Positions 1 through 17,113 of a DNA stretch of 64,000 nucleotides are shown piece after piece. The notes beneath the pieces are model-generated. The model was not told the origin of the DNA and did no database searches. It was given only the letters and a program-made list of their open reading frames with translations. Within the stretch, counting starts at the first letter, position 1; each line of letters starts with the position of its first letter. A program made the position numbers and the translations under genes. The stretch lies in the NCBI RefSeq assembly GCF_009914755.1, contig NC_060926.1; one strand, 5' to 3'. The DNA is from the human T2T-CHM13v2.0 reference genome, Homo sapiens.

Positions 1-229
1 TATGCCTTACTGTAACAGTCTCACATTGAGGACTACATAGTTATGAATAATGGTGTTTCATACATTTCTGCATTTGAAAATATTTGAATATGTCCATCCT
101 TGGATTCTAATTTCATTCACCATACCCACTATCCAAACTATTATATTCAAGCTCTGAGATGGCATACAGAGAGTACCACATAACCAAGTAGACTGTAGAT
201 ACCACAATACGGATTTGGGAAACAATCTA

Positions 230-469
<240 letters not shown>

Positions 470-863
470 TTATTTCACAGCTATACCATTGCTAACATTA
501 TCATTATTGAATCTTTATCACTGAAAAAGGATAGTTTTCTTGTATGTGATATAATCTCAATGCTATATAAAATGTAAATAAATCAAAACAATTTTTTTAC
601 AAGCAAATCACTCACCCAGAGATGATGTCTACCAACAGAGATGACAACATATCAAGGATTACAACATGTTATTATAGCTTTCTCAACAATGTAATTTTAA
701 ATGCAAATAACATTTTAAATAATGAAAATAACCTACAATGAGGCAGCATGTAAAAATGACAAACCCTTATAATTGCTCAAATAAAAACCAAATTTTTCTT
801 ATTTCATGCAGAAATCATTCATTTTTCATATTTGCAACTTTAAAAATTGTACCACTTTATTAA

Positions 864-1149
864 TTTTTTTTTTTTATGGAGTCTCTCTCTGTCGCCCAGG
901 CTGGAGTGCAGTGGCACGATCTCGGCTCACTGCAAGCTTCACCTCCCAGGTTCACGCATTTCTTCTGCCTCAGCTCCCGAGTAGCTGGGACTACAGGCGC
1001 CCACCACCACACCCGGCTAATTTTTGGTATTTTTAGTAGAGACGGGGTTTTACCATGTTAGCCAGGATGGTCTCGATCACCTGACCTTGTGATCCACCCG
1101 CCTAGGCCTCCCAAAGTGCTGGGATTACACACGTGTGCCACTGCGCCCA
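864..1149 (-). mobile_element. Alu (AluY-like), full length
   Basis: Poly-T followed by the reverse complement of the Alu consensus, with Y-type features (ctgcaagct, gttagccaggatgg). Confidence 0.9.
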
Positions 1150-1317
1150 CAATATTAAATCATTTTTATAAAGATTATCTTTAATTAGATATTTACCTAA
1201 GTATGTAATATAGGTTTCTTAAGTATTTCCTAGGTTTATTGAATCAATTTACTTAATCTGTACACAGAATCAAAAGGGAAAAAATAGCTTTATTGTAAAA
1301 CCTATGTTCTTCTTATT

Positions 1318-1443
1318 TTTATTTAAAATAGAGACAGTCTGTGATGTTGCCCAGGCTGGTCTTGAACTCCTGACCTCAAGCAATCTTCCTGCCTAAGCCT
1401 CCCATAGTGGTGGGATTATAGGGGTGAGCCATCATGTCCAGCC
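1318..1443 (-). mobile_element. FLAM / Alu left monomer
   Basis: gttgcccaggctggtcttgaactcctgacctcaagcaatc...gggattataggggtgagcc; single arm only. Confidence 0.8.
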
Positions 1444-3200
1444 TAAACCTATGTTTTTATGATGTTCATCATTCAGCAAATACTTATTAAGTACTGCCAT
1501 TTGCCATGTGTTAAAGATTTTGCTCCAATAATTTGATCTACTATCAAATAAGACTAGCGTTTAAAAAAACCCTTTAAAAATACGTAGAAATAAAGATCTA
1601 AATAAAGACCTAAATCCATGTTAAAAGTCCTGTGCTCATGTCACCATCTAAAACATTGATTGGGCACAGGGAGAGAGACCCTAAGTGCCCTTGACTGATT
1701 AGTGGTACTACTATCCATTAGTTAAAAACATTACTTATAAATTGATCTCAAATTCATTTGTATAGGAATGTCTTTCCTCAATGAAAAATATCTTCATATT
1801 AAGCCACTGGGGTGCAGGTGAGTCTGCATAGTCTCCAGCCTTTGAGGCTAGAGATGTAGAGATAACCACAGTGCCAAGCCTGCTGAATGGAGGTGAGGAT
1901 TAAATGAAAGAACATATAGGAGAGGGCTTCAAGTCACTGGGACATAAAATAAAACTGTGTGAGGTTTATGGGAAAGATAAGCAAATAAAGCAACTATATC
2001 TTTAAGGTCACTTAAAAACCATAAATGGCTGTACAATTTTGGACAACAGACTATGAAATCCTCCCTTACAGTCAAAAGGCACAGTAAATACAGTGTGTGA
2101 ACAATTAAACAGTGCTGCTCAAACACAAAGATAAGGAAGTAAATCATTTACTCATGGAGATAAAAGCCCAACACCCTTCAGTTCCTCTGCCAGGGCCAAT
2201 GGGGAAACTGTAGCCTCCAGTGTGATATTAGGGGCCTGAGAAAACTGCCCTAAAAAAAGATACACAAATTATCCCATTAATTACTTTCATAGTCATACCT
2301 CAATAGGAATGTCTCTGATACCCTTTTTTAACAGCAAGTCTTTAGAATGGATTATTTGTAGTGATTAAAAAAAGGAGTTGGATTGGGGTAAAATATCAAG
2401 AGAAGATGTCAACAACAGATTAGAAAAAGGAGAGGATGGATTCTGAGTGAAAGTGGCATTGCTCTTCAGTTTCTTCATGATTTCAAAGCATGATACAGGT
2501 GCATGGGCGGAAAAAATAAGCACCTTCTTCATCATTCATAAATAAAAACAAATTATTTATTCTAAATTGAATTTTGGATAAACTACCAATTAATAAAAAA
2601 GCTCAAACACAAACTATTAATATACACACTTGAACCACAACTACACAGAAATAAATGACTAAATATAAGCTTATATTTTGAACCCATAAAAGTTTATAAC
2701 CAACATAAACTAGAAGTAAAAATTATGAAAAATTCCATATTGTGGTATTTTATTTTTAAAGAAAAAAAAAAGAGGAAACCTATGATTTGTTATAAGCATT
2801 TTGAGGAGAAAGTGAAATTCTGAGTATAAGATTTTTTTCCTACCTTTATTTGCTATGTGGTTAATTAATATAGTATTAATCGATAATTATAAAATGGTTT
2901 TGAAGATTTAAAGTATAAAATTTCACAAAAATTCATACTAGTAAAATGTTATCACTTTAATCTTGCAAGATTTTCCGTCAGTTTAAACTAGGATTTATTT
3001 GCTTAACTGATAATTACCAATATCAAGTAAAAATGTCATATCAATACAAGTAATAAAATTTCACAATATAATTTCATAAACCCCATTCATTTTGAAACAA
3101 CATGTTAAATGTATGCTTTGAAAATTGTTTTACATATTTAAAATAGTGCAATTAAAATAACTTGCCAAAGTGACTGTATCATTCCAGTCAAACCATTTGA

Positions 3201-3645
<445 letters not shown>

Positions 3646-4282
3646 AAAAACAAATCTTTACCACCTGTACAAAACCCTGTCCAAAGTAAGAAATAATTAA
3701 ATCTTCACTCCAACCAAAAAATGTTGTTAATGTGCTTACTTGTTTTTCACTTACTTAGCGATTAACATTATTGAAAATTATTGCAGCTTCTTAATGCTAT
3801 ATTGGGAGAAAAAAGCTCATTTTGAGCTGTCACTGATTGTCATGTCAAAAGAATAAAAATCATGATTATTGATTTTTAATGTAGATTACTTTTCAATCAA
3901 AACCTCTCTTCAAGTCAGTAAAGTGCAATACTGCATTCTAATCTATTACTGTATGAAAGGAACATAATGTGCCTTGTTATATCAGCTAGAATATTTTATA
4001 GATATTAGTTTCTTTACACATTCATTTAAAAATTATGAGCAACTTAAACTTGAATCAATCAGATTAGAATAGCTCAACAGAAATCTAAGCTACACAGTTT
4101 CAATGTTAAGGGACTCATATACTTGGATCCAGTATTGATAATCCTAAATCTAGAAAAACCTGAGTGAAACAATAGACCAAAAGTTATCTTCAAGTTCACT
4201 GCCAAATGTAATTCTCTAATATCCAGAAAGCAAAGCAAAATACACAGGCATTGTTTGCTTCCAGTTTGCTTATCTTGTACTC

Positions 4283-5146
<864 letters not shown>

Positions 5147-5619
5147 TTGTTTACAAAAAATAGGGCATTCTGAAATATAATTAGGTACTCAAAAACTTTG
5201 AGTCAAAGTAATCACAAAGTCTGTGAATTGCTTTACACATATATAAAATATTATCCAACAGTTCCAAAATCTTGGCATGTTTTTAAACATTTTTATTCTA
5301 AAGAAATACAGAGAAATGGAAACAATTCCTCTACCTTCTACTTCCTATACAAATTGTCCAATAATTCCCCCTAAATAGATGAGAAAACCACAGTATTTAG
5401 GAATAAAGAATTTCCTTGTGGATAGCAGTCAGATCTAGAATTCAGTTTTCTAATTTCCAAGCTAATAACTTTTCATATCTGCACTGCCTCACCAAGCATA
5501 AATAGGGATATGTAGCCTCAATCATTATAAGCAAAAAATAAATACAACAGGTTAAATAAACAGTATTTGCTGATTTTCTGCCTTAGAGTAGCTAAAAAAC
5601 AGATAACTTCCTTAGCTCA

Positions 5620-6303
<684 letters not shown>

Positions 6304-7797
6304 CTATAAACAGAAATGATCGATGGTATTAGTAGCTATTCAGTCCTACAGGCATGGCTCAATTCATTCATTTAACCAACAACTGAACATAAGCTACCAA
6401 TGTACTCTTATGGTTAATGAGAATACAAAGATATCTTGTCCTCAAGAAAATTACACTTTTGGAAGAAAATAATTGTTACAATTTACTACAATTTATTGGG
6501 GTTGCAAAAATATTGATATTCCTCTCCATTAAAAAATACATTCTTTTTAAACTCTAATATCCACTATATACTATGTATAAAATTAATTTTATAAATATAT
6601 TTTGAGTTAAAAAAGAATATCTTCACTTGATAACCAAGGAATCAAAGGACCTCATTAAATAAATTACAAAAAAGAGAGCTCCATAAGGAAGTAAGGGTAT
6701 ACTGATAAGTACTATTAGGCATCCATCTAAAATAGTGGCCTTCATTTTATGTAGTTTACCCTCAAACTGTGATCTGCTCCAGCTTAATGAATGATAATAC
6801 AGCAGTTTCATCAGTAAGTAAACTATTATTCTCCCAGATTTTCCAACCCAATAGTACTTGTGACTCCTGAAGGAACCCCTAAAAACAAGAAAATCAACAG
6901 CATTTAATTTGTTGTTATATAACAGCTAGTTTTAATAGCTCACAGAAATACAAGATCTAATAGTAAAAAGAGAATTCATTAGCTTTACTTGAAGTGTCTG
7001 TAGGGAGCCTATAGAAGTCATAAAGTTAAAAAAGCAGAATTTGGTTTGATAAAATATTGCTTGCAATTGACCCTAAGAACAGGACAGCAAGTTTATTAAA
7101 CCCTAATATGGGACAACAGGAGCAAAGGAAAAGAAAAATAGGACTTTTTAGGAAACGATTACATACTATGAGCCGCGATAGCCAGTCAAGAAATTTGCAG
7201 GGACGAAGGGGAGGGAAAATGCCTGTTCTTCCTAAGGTCTAAACATATTTTAAAGAAAATATCATTTATAGCAATGAAAATTAACTTTTGACACCTTCTT
7301 TAACTTCTCTTCCAAAGTTCTCCCTAAATTTAAAATAAGAAAACCAGGTTCTAAGATGGATTCTCTGGCTTTTGGCAGGAAATTTTAAGCTGAATAAACA
7401 AAATAGGCAGAACTTAGTTCTATATACTATTTCTAATTGGAGTGCTCTATATTCTTTTCAGTATGGAGTGGATACTTCTGCTCCAAAAGATAACCCCAAT
7501 TCTGACATATATTGCTCATAAAAGTGAGATTCCAATCTTTCTGAGGTTTGGTTGCTTTAAGAACTTCAGGTAAAAAATGAAATGACCTCTTAAGCTTTTG
7601 AAAAGAATATAAGAAGTTATAGAACCACACTATGACAGTTGTGTAATTAATTATGTGTCAAATGTTGTGGTAGGCTATGGTTAAGAAATTAAAGATAGCC
7701 CTTACCTTCAAGAAGCAGAATTGAAATATAGGAAGCCAGAGGACAGTCACAAAGCAGTGTGATATGTGCTACGACAGGAGACTAAGAAAGCTACACA

Positions 7798-8105
7798 GGC
7801 TTGGAACAGTGGCTCATGCCTATAATCCCAACACTTTAGGAAGCTGAGGCCAGAGGATCACTTGAGACCAGGAGTTCGAGACCAGCCTGGGCAACATAGC
7901 AAGACCCCATCCTACAAAAAAATACAAAAATTAGTCAAATGTGGTGGTGCACGCCTGTAGTCCCAGCTACTCAGGTGGCTGAGGTGGGAGGATGGCTTGA
8001 GCTCAAGAGGTTAAGGCTGCATTGGGCTATGATTGTGCCACTGCACTCCAGCCTGGGTAGCAGGACAAGACTCTGTCTCAAAAAAAAAAAAAAAAAAAAA
8101 AAAAA
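7798..8105 (+). mobile_element. AluJ-like
   Basis: Diverged full dimer (gaggatcacttgag, gcaacatagcaagacccc) with a long A tail. Confidence 0.9.
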
Positions 8106-8617
8106 GGGAAAACAATGTAGAAGGTCAGGAGAAATGTTAAGGAAAGTTTCCTAGAGATGACACTGTTGAGCAAAATCTTGAAATACAAGTACATTTTAGG
8201 CAGTTAGACAGGAGGGAAAATAGGGAATGTCAGATGCAAAACCATAAAAGCAAGAAAAGGCATGGTCAGTCCTTGAGTACAGCATAAGTGGAAGGCACAG
8301 GGAGAGAATGACAACTGATGTGGCTTGAAGGTCAGTTAAAGATCAGTTCATAAAAACCCTTGTGCATCTTTCAGTGAATTTGGAAATTACCAATTTTTTC
8401 CAAAATAGATGGAATGGAGAGGACTGTTTTTAAGAAAAGACCACAATCAAATTTATGTTTTAGAAAAATCACAAGTTTTTCAGCCCCAGTAAAGGTGATA
8501 GATATTAATGAGATGAGGTGGGTCAAAGGATGGAGTGGAATGATTTCAAGAGAGTCCAGGAAGTGGAATCAAACAACAGGACTTGGTGAGAGAAAGGGAA
8601 GAATGGGAGATGAATGG

Positions 8618-8974
8618 TGATATGGTTTGGCTGTGTCCCCACCCAACTCTCACCTTAAATTGTAATAATCCCCATGTGTCAAGGGCAGGGGCAGATGGAG
8701 ATAATGAATCATGGGGGTGGTTTCCCCCATACTATTTTTCATGGTCATGGATAAGTCTCACGAGACCTGATGGTTTTATAAATGGGAGTTCCCCTGCACA
8801 TGTTCTCTTGCCTGCCATCATGTAAGACGTGCCTTTGCTCTTCTTTCACCTTCTGCCATTATTGTGAGGTCTCCCCAGCCATGTTAAATTGTGAGTCCAT
8901 TAAACCTCTTTTTCTTTATAAATTATCCAGTCTCTGGTAAGTCTTTATTAGCAGCATGAGAACAAACTAATACA
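8618..8974 (+). mobile_element. THE1-family (MaLR) solo LTR
   Basis: TGATATGGTTTGGCTGTGTCCCCACCCAA...ACTAATACA termini; ~5-bp TSD aatgg/aatga. Confidence 0.9.
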
Positions 8975-10406
8975 AATGAGTAAAGTGATAACATTAACAA
9001 AGGCAAGAAACACAGGAAGGATAGATTCAGGGTAGGAATTAAGGAGATAATTTGTTCAGTTTTGGACATAGCAAATGTAATATGCTAATGGAACTTCCAA
9101 AGTGAGTTTCCAAGAGCAAAAAGATATATGGGACTGGAAATTAGGAAAAAGTTCTGCAGTAGAGATGAAAATTTGAGTCAGTCTTGGGGTAAATGTAAAA
9201 CAAAGAGGATAGAGAAATACCTACATTTAAGAGTAGAAAAAAAGAGACTGACTGGAAAGTCCAATTTTTCCAATCCTATGAAGGAGGGGTGGTAAAAAAA
9301 AAAAAAAAGACAAATGAAAACACAGATAAATTATCCACGTCAAGTGGAAGTAATTTTACAATCTTATCTCACTCTTGAGAGATGTTAAATGTGCAACAGT
9401 TGGTTGACCTTTAAAACTGAACTTCATTAGACCTGGCCTAATGGGCTTTAGTGAAAAATGAGAAGAGAACCTTGGCAGAGAGAGTAGTTGTAGTCATGCC
9501 TTCAAGATCCTAAGGCTTAGGATTCAGGGCACTTCCAGAATAATAGGGCAGCAACCTCACCTATGGGGTTCCGGAAGATAAGAATGGTCAAAATGTTGGG
9601 GTCTCACAGGAAAGTGGTTCCCAGTTGATGAACTACAACCTCATCCCCTCTAACTGTATCTTGACAAAAGGTAGATATTCATCAACCTGTGTTCACCTCC
9701 TTTCTGTTCCTGAGGGGACTACCAAAAATCCCCTTCCCCAGGGCTATCGAGTGACAGTCAATTTTTCTGCAGCTAGAAGTAGGCTAAATTAGGAATTTGA
9801 GAAGAATTGAGCTGGACTCCCTATTTTGACAGAACATGGAAAAAGAGTTCAGAGAAAGCACAGAATAGGAAGATATGACAGAACTAGATTCTTCTACAGT
9901 AGTGATAGTTTTCCCAAAACATTTTATGTCAGAAATCATACTTGTGGATAGGGTGGGAATTGAAAAGAAGGATAGAATTAATGACGCAGATAGAAGATAG
10001 TTCTTTTTAGAATAAATCATAAACTAGAGGAATTGTTCATCAGAATGACAGTAATCCTATCATTGTGAGTGCATGTGTATCTATGTAAAGACCCATTCAA
10101 TTAGTAGGTTTTAGTTTGGGATGCTTCTGATAAAGGAGTCAAGGAAAGCTCATGAGAGACATGGATAGCATCTTATTCATGGCTGTTTTTCTGGCCCTTA
10201 CCACAATGTTGATAACATAGTAGGCACCCAGAAAAATTTATTGACTGGAAAAAGGAAGAAAGAGGACCAAGATTTCATCAGAAACAACAACAAAAACAAA
10301 ACTTAACTTGTGTTAAATGTTGACTAGGTCTCTGGTATTAAATAACATTTAATACATAAGTTCTCATTCTCCCAGCAATATTGTGAAGTATTCTTCTTCT
10401 TCTCTC

Positions 10407-10551
10407 TTTTTTTTTTTTTTTTTTTTTTGTAGAGATGAGGTCTCACTATGCTGCCCAGCCAGGCTGATCTTGAACTCCCAAACTCAAGGGATCCTCCTGT
10501 CTCAGCCTCCCAACGTGCTGGGATTACAGCCATGAGCTACTGCGCCTAGCC
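10407..10551 (-). mobile_element. FLAM / Alu left monomer
   Basis: Poly-T plus a single Alu arm in reverse complement. Confidence 0.82.
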
Positions 10552-11125
10552 TTTGTAATTCCAATTTTACTGACAGACAGGGAGAGTCAAAGAGATTAAG
10601 TGGCTTGGCCATGCCAGTTCAGTTTAAGACCAGCATTTTTCTAACTCTGTTCAAACTCAAGTTCAATGTAAAATCCTGAGCTTTTAACTGAAATTATCTA
10701 AAATAAAATGTTTAAGAGTCAAGAACTGATATCCTAAATAAAAGGCGATAAGAAAAAAAACTGAGGAAAAACCATAAAAACTACAAATAGCTTCCTATCA
10801 TTGGGTAATATTTTACAAATAAATGATTTTTAAAAACTTTTCAAAGCACCTTTTCAGTAATAAAGATTGAAAATAAGATTGTAGATCTTAAAATGGAAGA
10901 TTAAGAGGTTGAGAACCTTACAGAGGCAGAGCCTAGAAGTAGGAAGATGATGTTTTGATCTTTTCAGACTATTTCTGAAGGGATTAATCTTCTCTTATCA
11001 ACCCTGATCACTTAAAGATTCCAACATTGATGGGATTTTCATTATGACTTTTCTGTACTTTGCTGTTAATGTGCAATATTAGGCTTCCATTAATGCTGAA
11101 TGACACTCAACACTAAGCATCTCCA

Positions 11126-11300
11126 TCAGCTGTCTTCAATTCTGGATATACATTAGTGAAAAGCTCTTAAAAAAATAAAGTGCCTTAGGCTTCACCTCTG
11201 ATTTAATTGATGTGGGGGCAGGGCATATACTCTGCTTTTGTTGTTACTTTAAGCTCTCCAGATAATTCTAACAAGCAGCAAGGGTTAAGAATTACTTGTC
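11126..11300. mobile_element. MER5-like hAT-Charlie MITE (diverged)
   Basis: MER5-type motifs tctgatttaattg...ggggcagggcat...aagctctccagataattctaa...gggttaagaattact. Confidence 0.5.
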
Positions 11301-13880
11301 TAGATCACAATATTTTGGGCAAATCAAAACTAGCATCTGATAAGGGTTGTATCTGTCCAAAGGCAACCACATTACTAATTTCTAATAAGCCAAAGATGGG
11401 TGTTTCAAAATAGATTCTTGATGTAAATGAATAGAAGTTATTTAGACATGGAGATACACGATAAAATCCAAGGCAAGAATGACCCACAGTTTTCCAAAAA
11501 GACTCAGGGATTTACGCTGATATAAATGAGGCACTGAGGTTTTACTGCAAATTATGTTTCTGTAAAATAATTTTATAAATATTTTATTCCAATCATAAAA
11601 ATGGGAAAATTGATACCTGAACAATAAAAGACATAAGCCAAAAGATACACAATAAATAAATGAGTAAAATGAAACCAGGATTTTTAATGCCTTTTTCTGG
11701 GAATAATGCCATGTTCCTTGTCAGTACTACCTGCCAAATTGGAAGCCCTACGTAAAAACAGCTCGTGAAACAAAACAAATCTCTCCTACAGTCAACTTCC
11801 AGTTGGACTCAGAAGTTTGAGAATTGATAAGAAAAAAATCAGCACAACAGCAAACTCAGGATATAACATGTCATATTTGCACATTAGAAATGATTAGCAG
11901 ATAAAGGGTTTGTTCTTCTTGTACTCTTTCTAAAACCTTTAAACACACCTATCCAAGATGGCTATTTGCTAATTACCAAAGATCAGATTCACAGAGGAAG
12001 AGAAGTCAAAAATCATGAAATAGTTTTTAAAAACTAAAAAAAAAGAAAAAAAAGAAAAGAAAAATTCAGAGATCTTCTAAATTCTAAATTCTTATGAATT
12101 CCTAAGAGTGAAATTCAGAGACCTGGTTTTAAAAAGTTATTAATCTGTAACCTGGTATATATGTAGCCATTGCAAAAAGTCATTAATAAAAATATTCATA
12201 AAGTGAAAAGCTAAAGCAATATACACAATTTTAACTGGTTGTGACACTCGCTATGTTAAAATCAATGGATTATTCTCAGGGGTAAAAATATGCTTCCATC
12301 TGAAATCTTACAAATTTAAAATAATCTAACTAACAAGTGGTAGCTTCCAGTTATCTAGACTACAGCTTCTCAAACTTTAAAGTGACTATGAATCACCTGG
12401 GGATCTTGTTTAAACACAAATTGAGAAGGGAAAATATCAAGGTAAGATCCATCATGATTGTCCCTCTAGGTGAAGAAGCATAGGTTGCAGAAATATTAGT
12501 TGTTCATTTAACCTAAAAATTCCAACTGTAGCAATTTTCTGAAGTAGTGGAAAGCAGAACATTATAATTTTACATGAAAGTAACATTTAATGAAATAAGA
12601 AGATAGTGGTTCCTCTCACTTCTTGTTTCCATGTTTGTGACAATAAACCATTACAACTCCAGAAGTTTAAAGTCTGGTTCCTGATGAATTTAATTGCTGT
12701 GATGTCTAATTTGATATACAAAACTTCCTTACTACTGAGTTAAGGCATGCTGTAAAGAGTTAGGGGTAACCACACTAAGCAGAAAAAAAACAAAATTACA
12801 TCCCAATATCCTAATATAGATTATAGATTAAGAAAAGTACACTATTGTGAATTATTATAAAACTCATTGGATCTTTGCCACACATTATCTATCATCTGTA
12901 TTTCCTAATTGAATTCAAAACAAAACAAAGAAAAACAAAATTTAAAGACCTTGCCCTGATAATAAACCTTTAAGTGCTTGGGTAGAAGTTTTATTATGTG
13001 CCCCTCATCTACTGGTTAAAGTGTTAGGGAACAGAGGAGTGGCAGAAAGTCATTTCTGCTTGCATTTATTGGTGGGTCAAATCTCATGGTGTTTTGCTGC
13101 TGTAGTTTGTTAGTTTTGATTATGTTTAAGTTCATGTTTACATTCTTGGCAGCATTTCTTCTGAGCAGGAAGTGGCATGTGGATGTATGACAAGAGACAA
13201 ACACTGATGCAAAGCAAACTGCATGAAGACAGCCACATTCTGTCTCAGAGGGGGCAGCAGTAGACATACCTCAAAGATCTCAGCTAAAGGCAAAGTAGAG
13301 TTACTCTGGGTGGCTGGGCAATGCCACCAGTGGATGACTAAACTACTTGCAATTGTTATAAACTAAGAACAGCTTTCTGAACCAAGATATCTGCAGGCTG
13401 TGAGACAAAAAGCTCAGTGACAGAGTTAACCATCAGCAACCGTGAGGCACAGGTTTCAATACTGAGAAGGACAGGGTCAGACATCCAACTTCTCAGCTAC
13501 CCCTGGTCAGGTAGACATCTCCCTCATCGTCATCTCTGAATGTGAAAGGTTGCTGATAGAATCTTGATTTGTGAGCTAGCCAACTCTATCTTGACAGTTT
13601 GACACAAACAAGTAATTATGATACTACATTATCTGTCAAGGGAGTCACAAACTCAGGGGCTCACATGCTCTTTCCTGCCACATCTACACCTGTGAATGAC
13701 TTTTACATTACATATGAAAGATATGCATTGATTACTTATGGCATACTACAGAGTAGAGGAATTCTGAGGAGTGATTTAGGTGGATCCAGAGATTATTCAT
13801 GTAACTGGTATTCCCTGCCCCCCAGGTAGAGGCACTGCATTTTAAAACATTTGTCCATCTATTTACCTTGTAAACATAGT

Positions 13881-14861
13881 TGTTGGCTTTTGGATTAGTA
13901 AGGAGATAGAAACCACATGCTAATTTGAACAGAGAAAGTTTAATACAATCTGGTATTAAAAGAGGATTGGAGTAACAGGAAATTGCCTAGTGGGAGTTAA
14001 GGAGAATTCTAAAGAATACAGGAGTTGTAAATACAGTATAAGGGGCAACCACTCCCCCTATGGCTGAAATAAGTGTTCAAGGAAGGGCTCTCCTCTCACC
14101 AGGGCTGAGATCCAGAGATGTCTATGGAGATGCCCTAGCTTTGACTACCTGGTAAAAAGTCATAGAAGTACTTCATTCATGGGACTTACCAGAAATCTGC
14201 CCCTGAAGTTCCAGAAGAGGCCATTCACAGCCGGGGGACAGAACCCTAGAACTAGCTAGGTGCTGAGGAAAACTGCTGGCTGCTGAGGGAATCTGGAATC
14301 ACAGAGGTTGTCCCCTGCAGGAGTTTAGTGAACTTTCATGTGCCACACAGGTAACAACGGCTCTGGGCTGGCTGCCTGGGACAAAGGTTGGGCAGCTGGC
14401 TCCCTAGACACCCAGTCTTGTGGGGCCCCGAGTTGGCATGTGTGGATCTGAGGAGAGAGTTTGGGGAGCAGTGACTTAGGTGACAGAGCAGGTCCATGGT
14501 GTCTGTGTCTCAAGGGTACAACACTGCTGCCTAAATCAAGCTCTAAAGAAAGTGCAGTGTGTGGGGAACACCAACTCTAGAAAAAGCTGTGTTCTGCAGA
14601 TACCTAGTACTGGAGAAAATCATACTGGGGAGTGAGCAGTGGAGGAAAACTATGCTCAAAAGGAGCTTAGCCAGTGAGCATCACAGAAACCAGAAAGAGA
14701 AGCCTCAGCCACTTCAGTGTCCCTCCAGTGCCCTCTACTGACAAGGCTTAACATTGTACGAGCCAGCAAAAAAGAAATTTACAAGGCCCAGCTCCATTAT
14801 TACAGAGCAGGCTAATACAGTAAATTTGGAACTAAGAGACAGTAAACTGATAAGCAGCAAA
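13881..14861 (-). mobile_element. Old ERV-L 3' LTR (LTR41/LTR50/LTR52-like; subfamily uncertain)
   Basis: The minus strand begins after a PPT-like gaaaagtgtagac with ...ttatcagtttactgtctcttagttccaaatt..., and ends with ATTAAA-ctttctctgttcaaa, typical of ERVL LTRs. Contiguous with the ERVL internal sequence. Confidence 0.6.
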
Positions 14862-16137
14862 GTCTACACTTTTCACTACTCAGCTTCCACATGCACCCTC
14901 TCCCACACACTGAAACTCCTGTACAATAACAACACAATTCTATATTTCACCTAACAAAGTCTAACTGTCCTTCTTTATAAGTGAAGAAGTTCTATCTCCT
15001 CAAAAACGAGAGACATAGAGTCCTAACAGCTATTGTAGTCATTGCTGTGACTCTGAGTTACTCCTTAAATTCTGTCACAGTCCCACTAAATATTCTGTTA
15101 CCTAAATTGGAAAGTTGATCTCCAACGGCTTCTATTTAACATTTTTAAAATGAAAATGAGAGAAGAAAATTGTTAACATATACAAAAAAAACCTAGATAT
15201 AAGAGGCAAAGAAAAAATGTGCATTGAACCTGAGAAAGCTGATTGAAAAAAAATTTTTAAAGAAAAAATACGCAAACCTACAATAATCCTCACTTACATA
15301 ATTGGCTGCGAGGCCATAATGAATATCTATGGCTTCTTTCTTACACTAACTACTACTCTGTATTCACCATGCCCTTAAGCATTCTAGGAGTCCACAGATG
15401 TTGGTGATGTCAAGGAAGGGCAAATCCATATGTAGAATACTTGTCTATTCTAGTGAGGAGAAGTCTCTGCCCCCTCAATGAAGGAAGAAATCCAGTATAA
15501 TGAACCTGCCACCCAGAGGCTGGCTGATCCCCGCAGGGGCTCAATGCTGGATTCTGCAGATTAGGAACTCAGCAGCAGCGCTATCCCAGTCAACTTTACA
15601 AAGGGGAAGCCATGTTGCTGAGCCCATGCATACACAGCTCCAGTCTTGCCACCAAGACTCCTGTTTATGGGCCCACTGAGACAGCTGGAGAGATAGGCTG
15701 ACTGACATGCAGAATGTGTCATTTTGTCCACTTGATTATTAAGAGCCTCCTCTGCAATGGATGTGCTTTTGTGGGCACTCAGAGGGGATACAAATTCTTT
15801 CAGGGTCTTTTCATTTTGAAAGGTTCATTCACATACCTCTTCCTCAAACTAACTACCTTGTCACCAATCTTCCAATCCTGTTCCTTCCAACTCTGACCAT
15901 AAAAACCATTAACAACTACCCATCGATGACCAATATAGATCTGTATTTCTAGGCATGTCTCATTCCCAACATAGTGGACAACCATATTTACTGTTCAAAT
16001 CTCTGCCTACAGAAAAGTTTTCCTTATCCAGTATTATTCACAGTTACTCATGAGTAGGGCTATAGTGCTACACAGTCATTAATCTTGGGTAGTACTAGTG
16101 TATTGTTCAGATTCATCTGCAAATCAGGTTTGAGGGG

Positions 16138-16177
16138 TTTTTTTTTTGTTGTTGTTGTTGTTGTTGTTGTTGTTTTT
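16138..16177 (+). repeat. T-run/(TTG)n microsatellite
   Basis: ttttttttttgttgttgttgttg... Confidence 0.9.
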
Positions 16178-16815
16178 TCTTCTAACAAATGGACTAAGGG
16201 AATCGCCAAGAAGCCACAGGCATGAGTTGAAAGAGACAAGGCAATGCCATTAGAGTTGCTACCAAAGAAGTCTGAGTCCCTGGTTCATGCAACTTATTTG
16301 TCCTATCCAGATCTGCTCTAGTTCTGTCTCATGTACTATTTCCACTCAATGATATATTGCTGTTGTACATCGCTAACCTTATGGAAAGATAGGTCAGATT
16401 TTACCCAGATAATGATGGGAAACTTGGTCCACATGATAACCTGACACTCCATAATTATGCATTCAATATCTACCTAGTAGCAAGTCAGAAGGTGTTTATC
16501 AAAAAGTAAACAGTTATCTGAAGAAAATATTTATTTCAAAACCCTAGATGTCTGTATTGTGATTCTGCTATTGGCACTTTCCAGAGGCTCCATAGAGCAT
16601 TCCTCTTTGGCACAGATACTAAGAGAGTCGTTGAGTTTGCTAGATCATAAAGCTGAAGTGGTAGCATAGCCTGTACTGCTGGGCTTGCTGCAGAGCCTTC
16701 TTCTACTTTGATCATCATTAAAAACTGGCAGCCTTATGAGTTACTCTGTAAACAGGTTGAGGTAGCATATTCAAATGTTGTAAATGTTGCCCCCAAATTC
16801 AAAAATGACTATTGA

Positions 16816-17113
16816 GGCTGGGTGCAGTGGCTCATGCCTGTAATTACAGCACTACTGAGGTAGGCGAATTGCTTGAGCCCAGGAGTGCAAGACCAGCCTG
16901 GGTAATATGGCAAAACCCCATCTCCACAAAAAAAATACATAAATTAGCCGGGTGTGGTGGAGCTCACCTATGGTCCCAGTTACTCAAGAGGCTGAGGTAA
17001 GAACATTGCTTGAGCCCAGGAGGCAGAGGTTGCAGTGACCCCCAGATCCCACCACTGCGTTCCATCCTGGGCAACAGAATGATACTCCCTCTCAAAAAAG
17101 AAAAAAAAAAAAA
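16816..17113 (+). mobile_element. AluJ-like, inserted in ERV-L pol
   Basis: Diverged full dimer with A tail, interrupting the RT-RNase H remnants. Confidence 0.88.

Noticed and set aside
13244-13260. CTCF-like motif CTCAGAGGGGGCAGC
   Set aside because: Only the 3' half matches the consensus; it cannot be supported without ChIP data.
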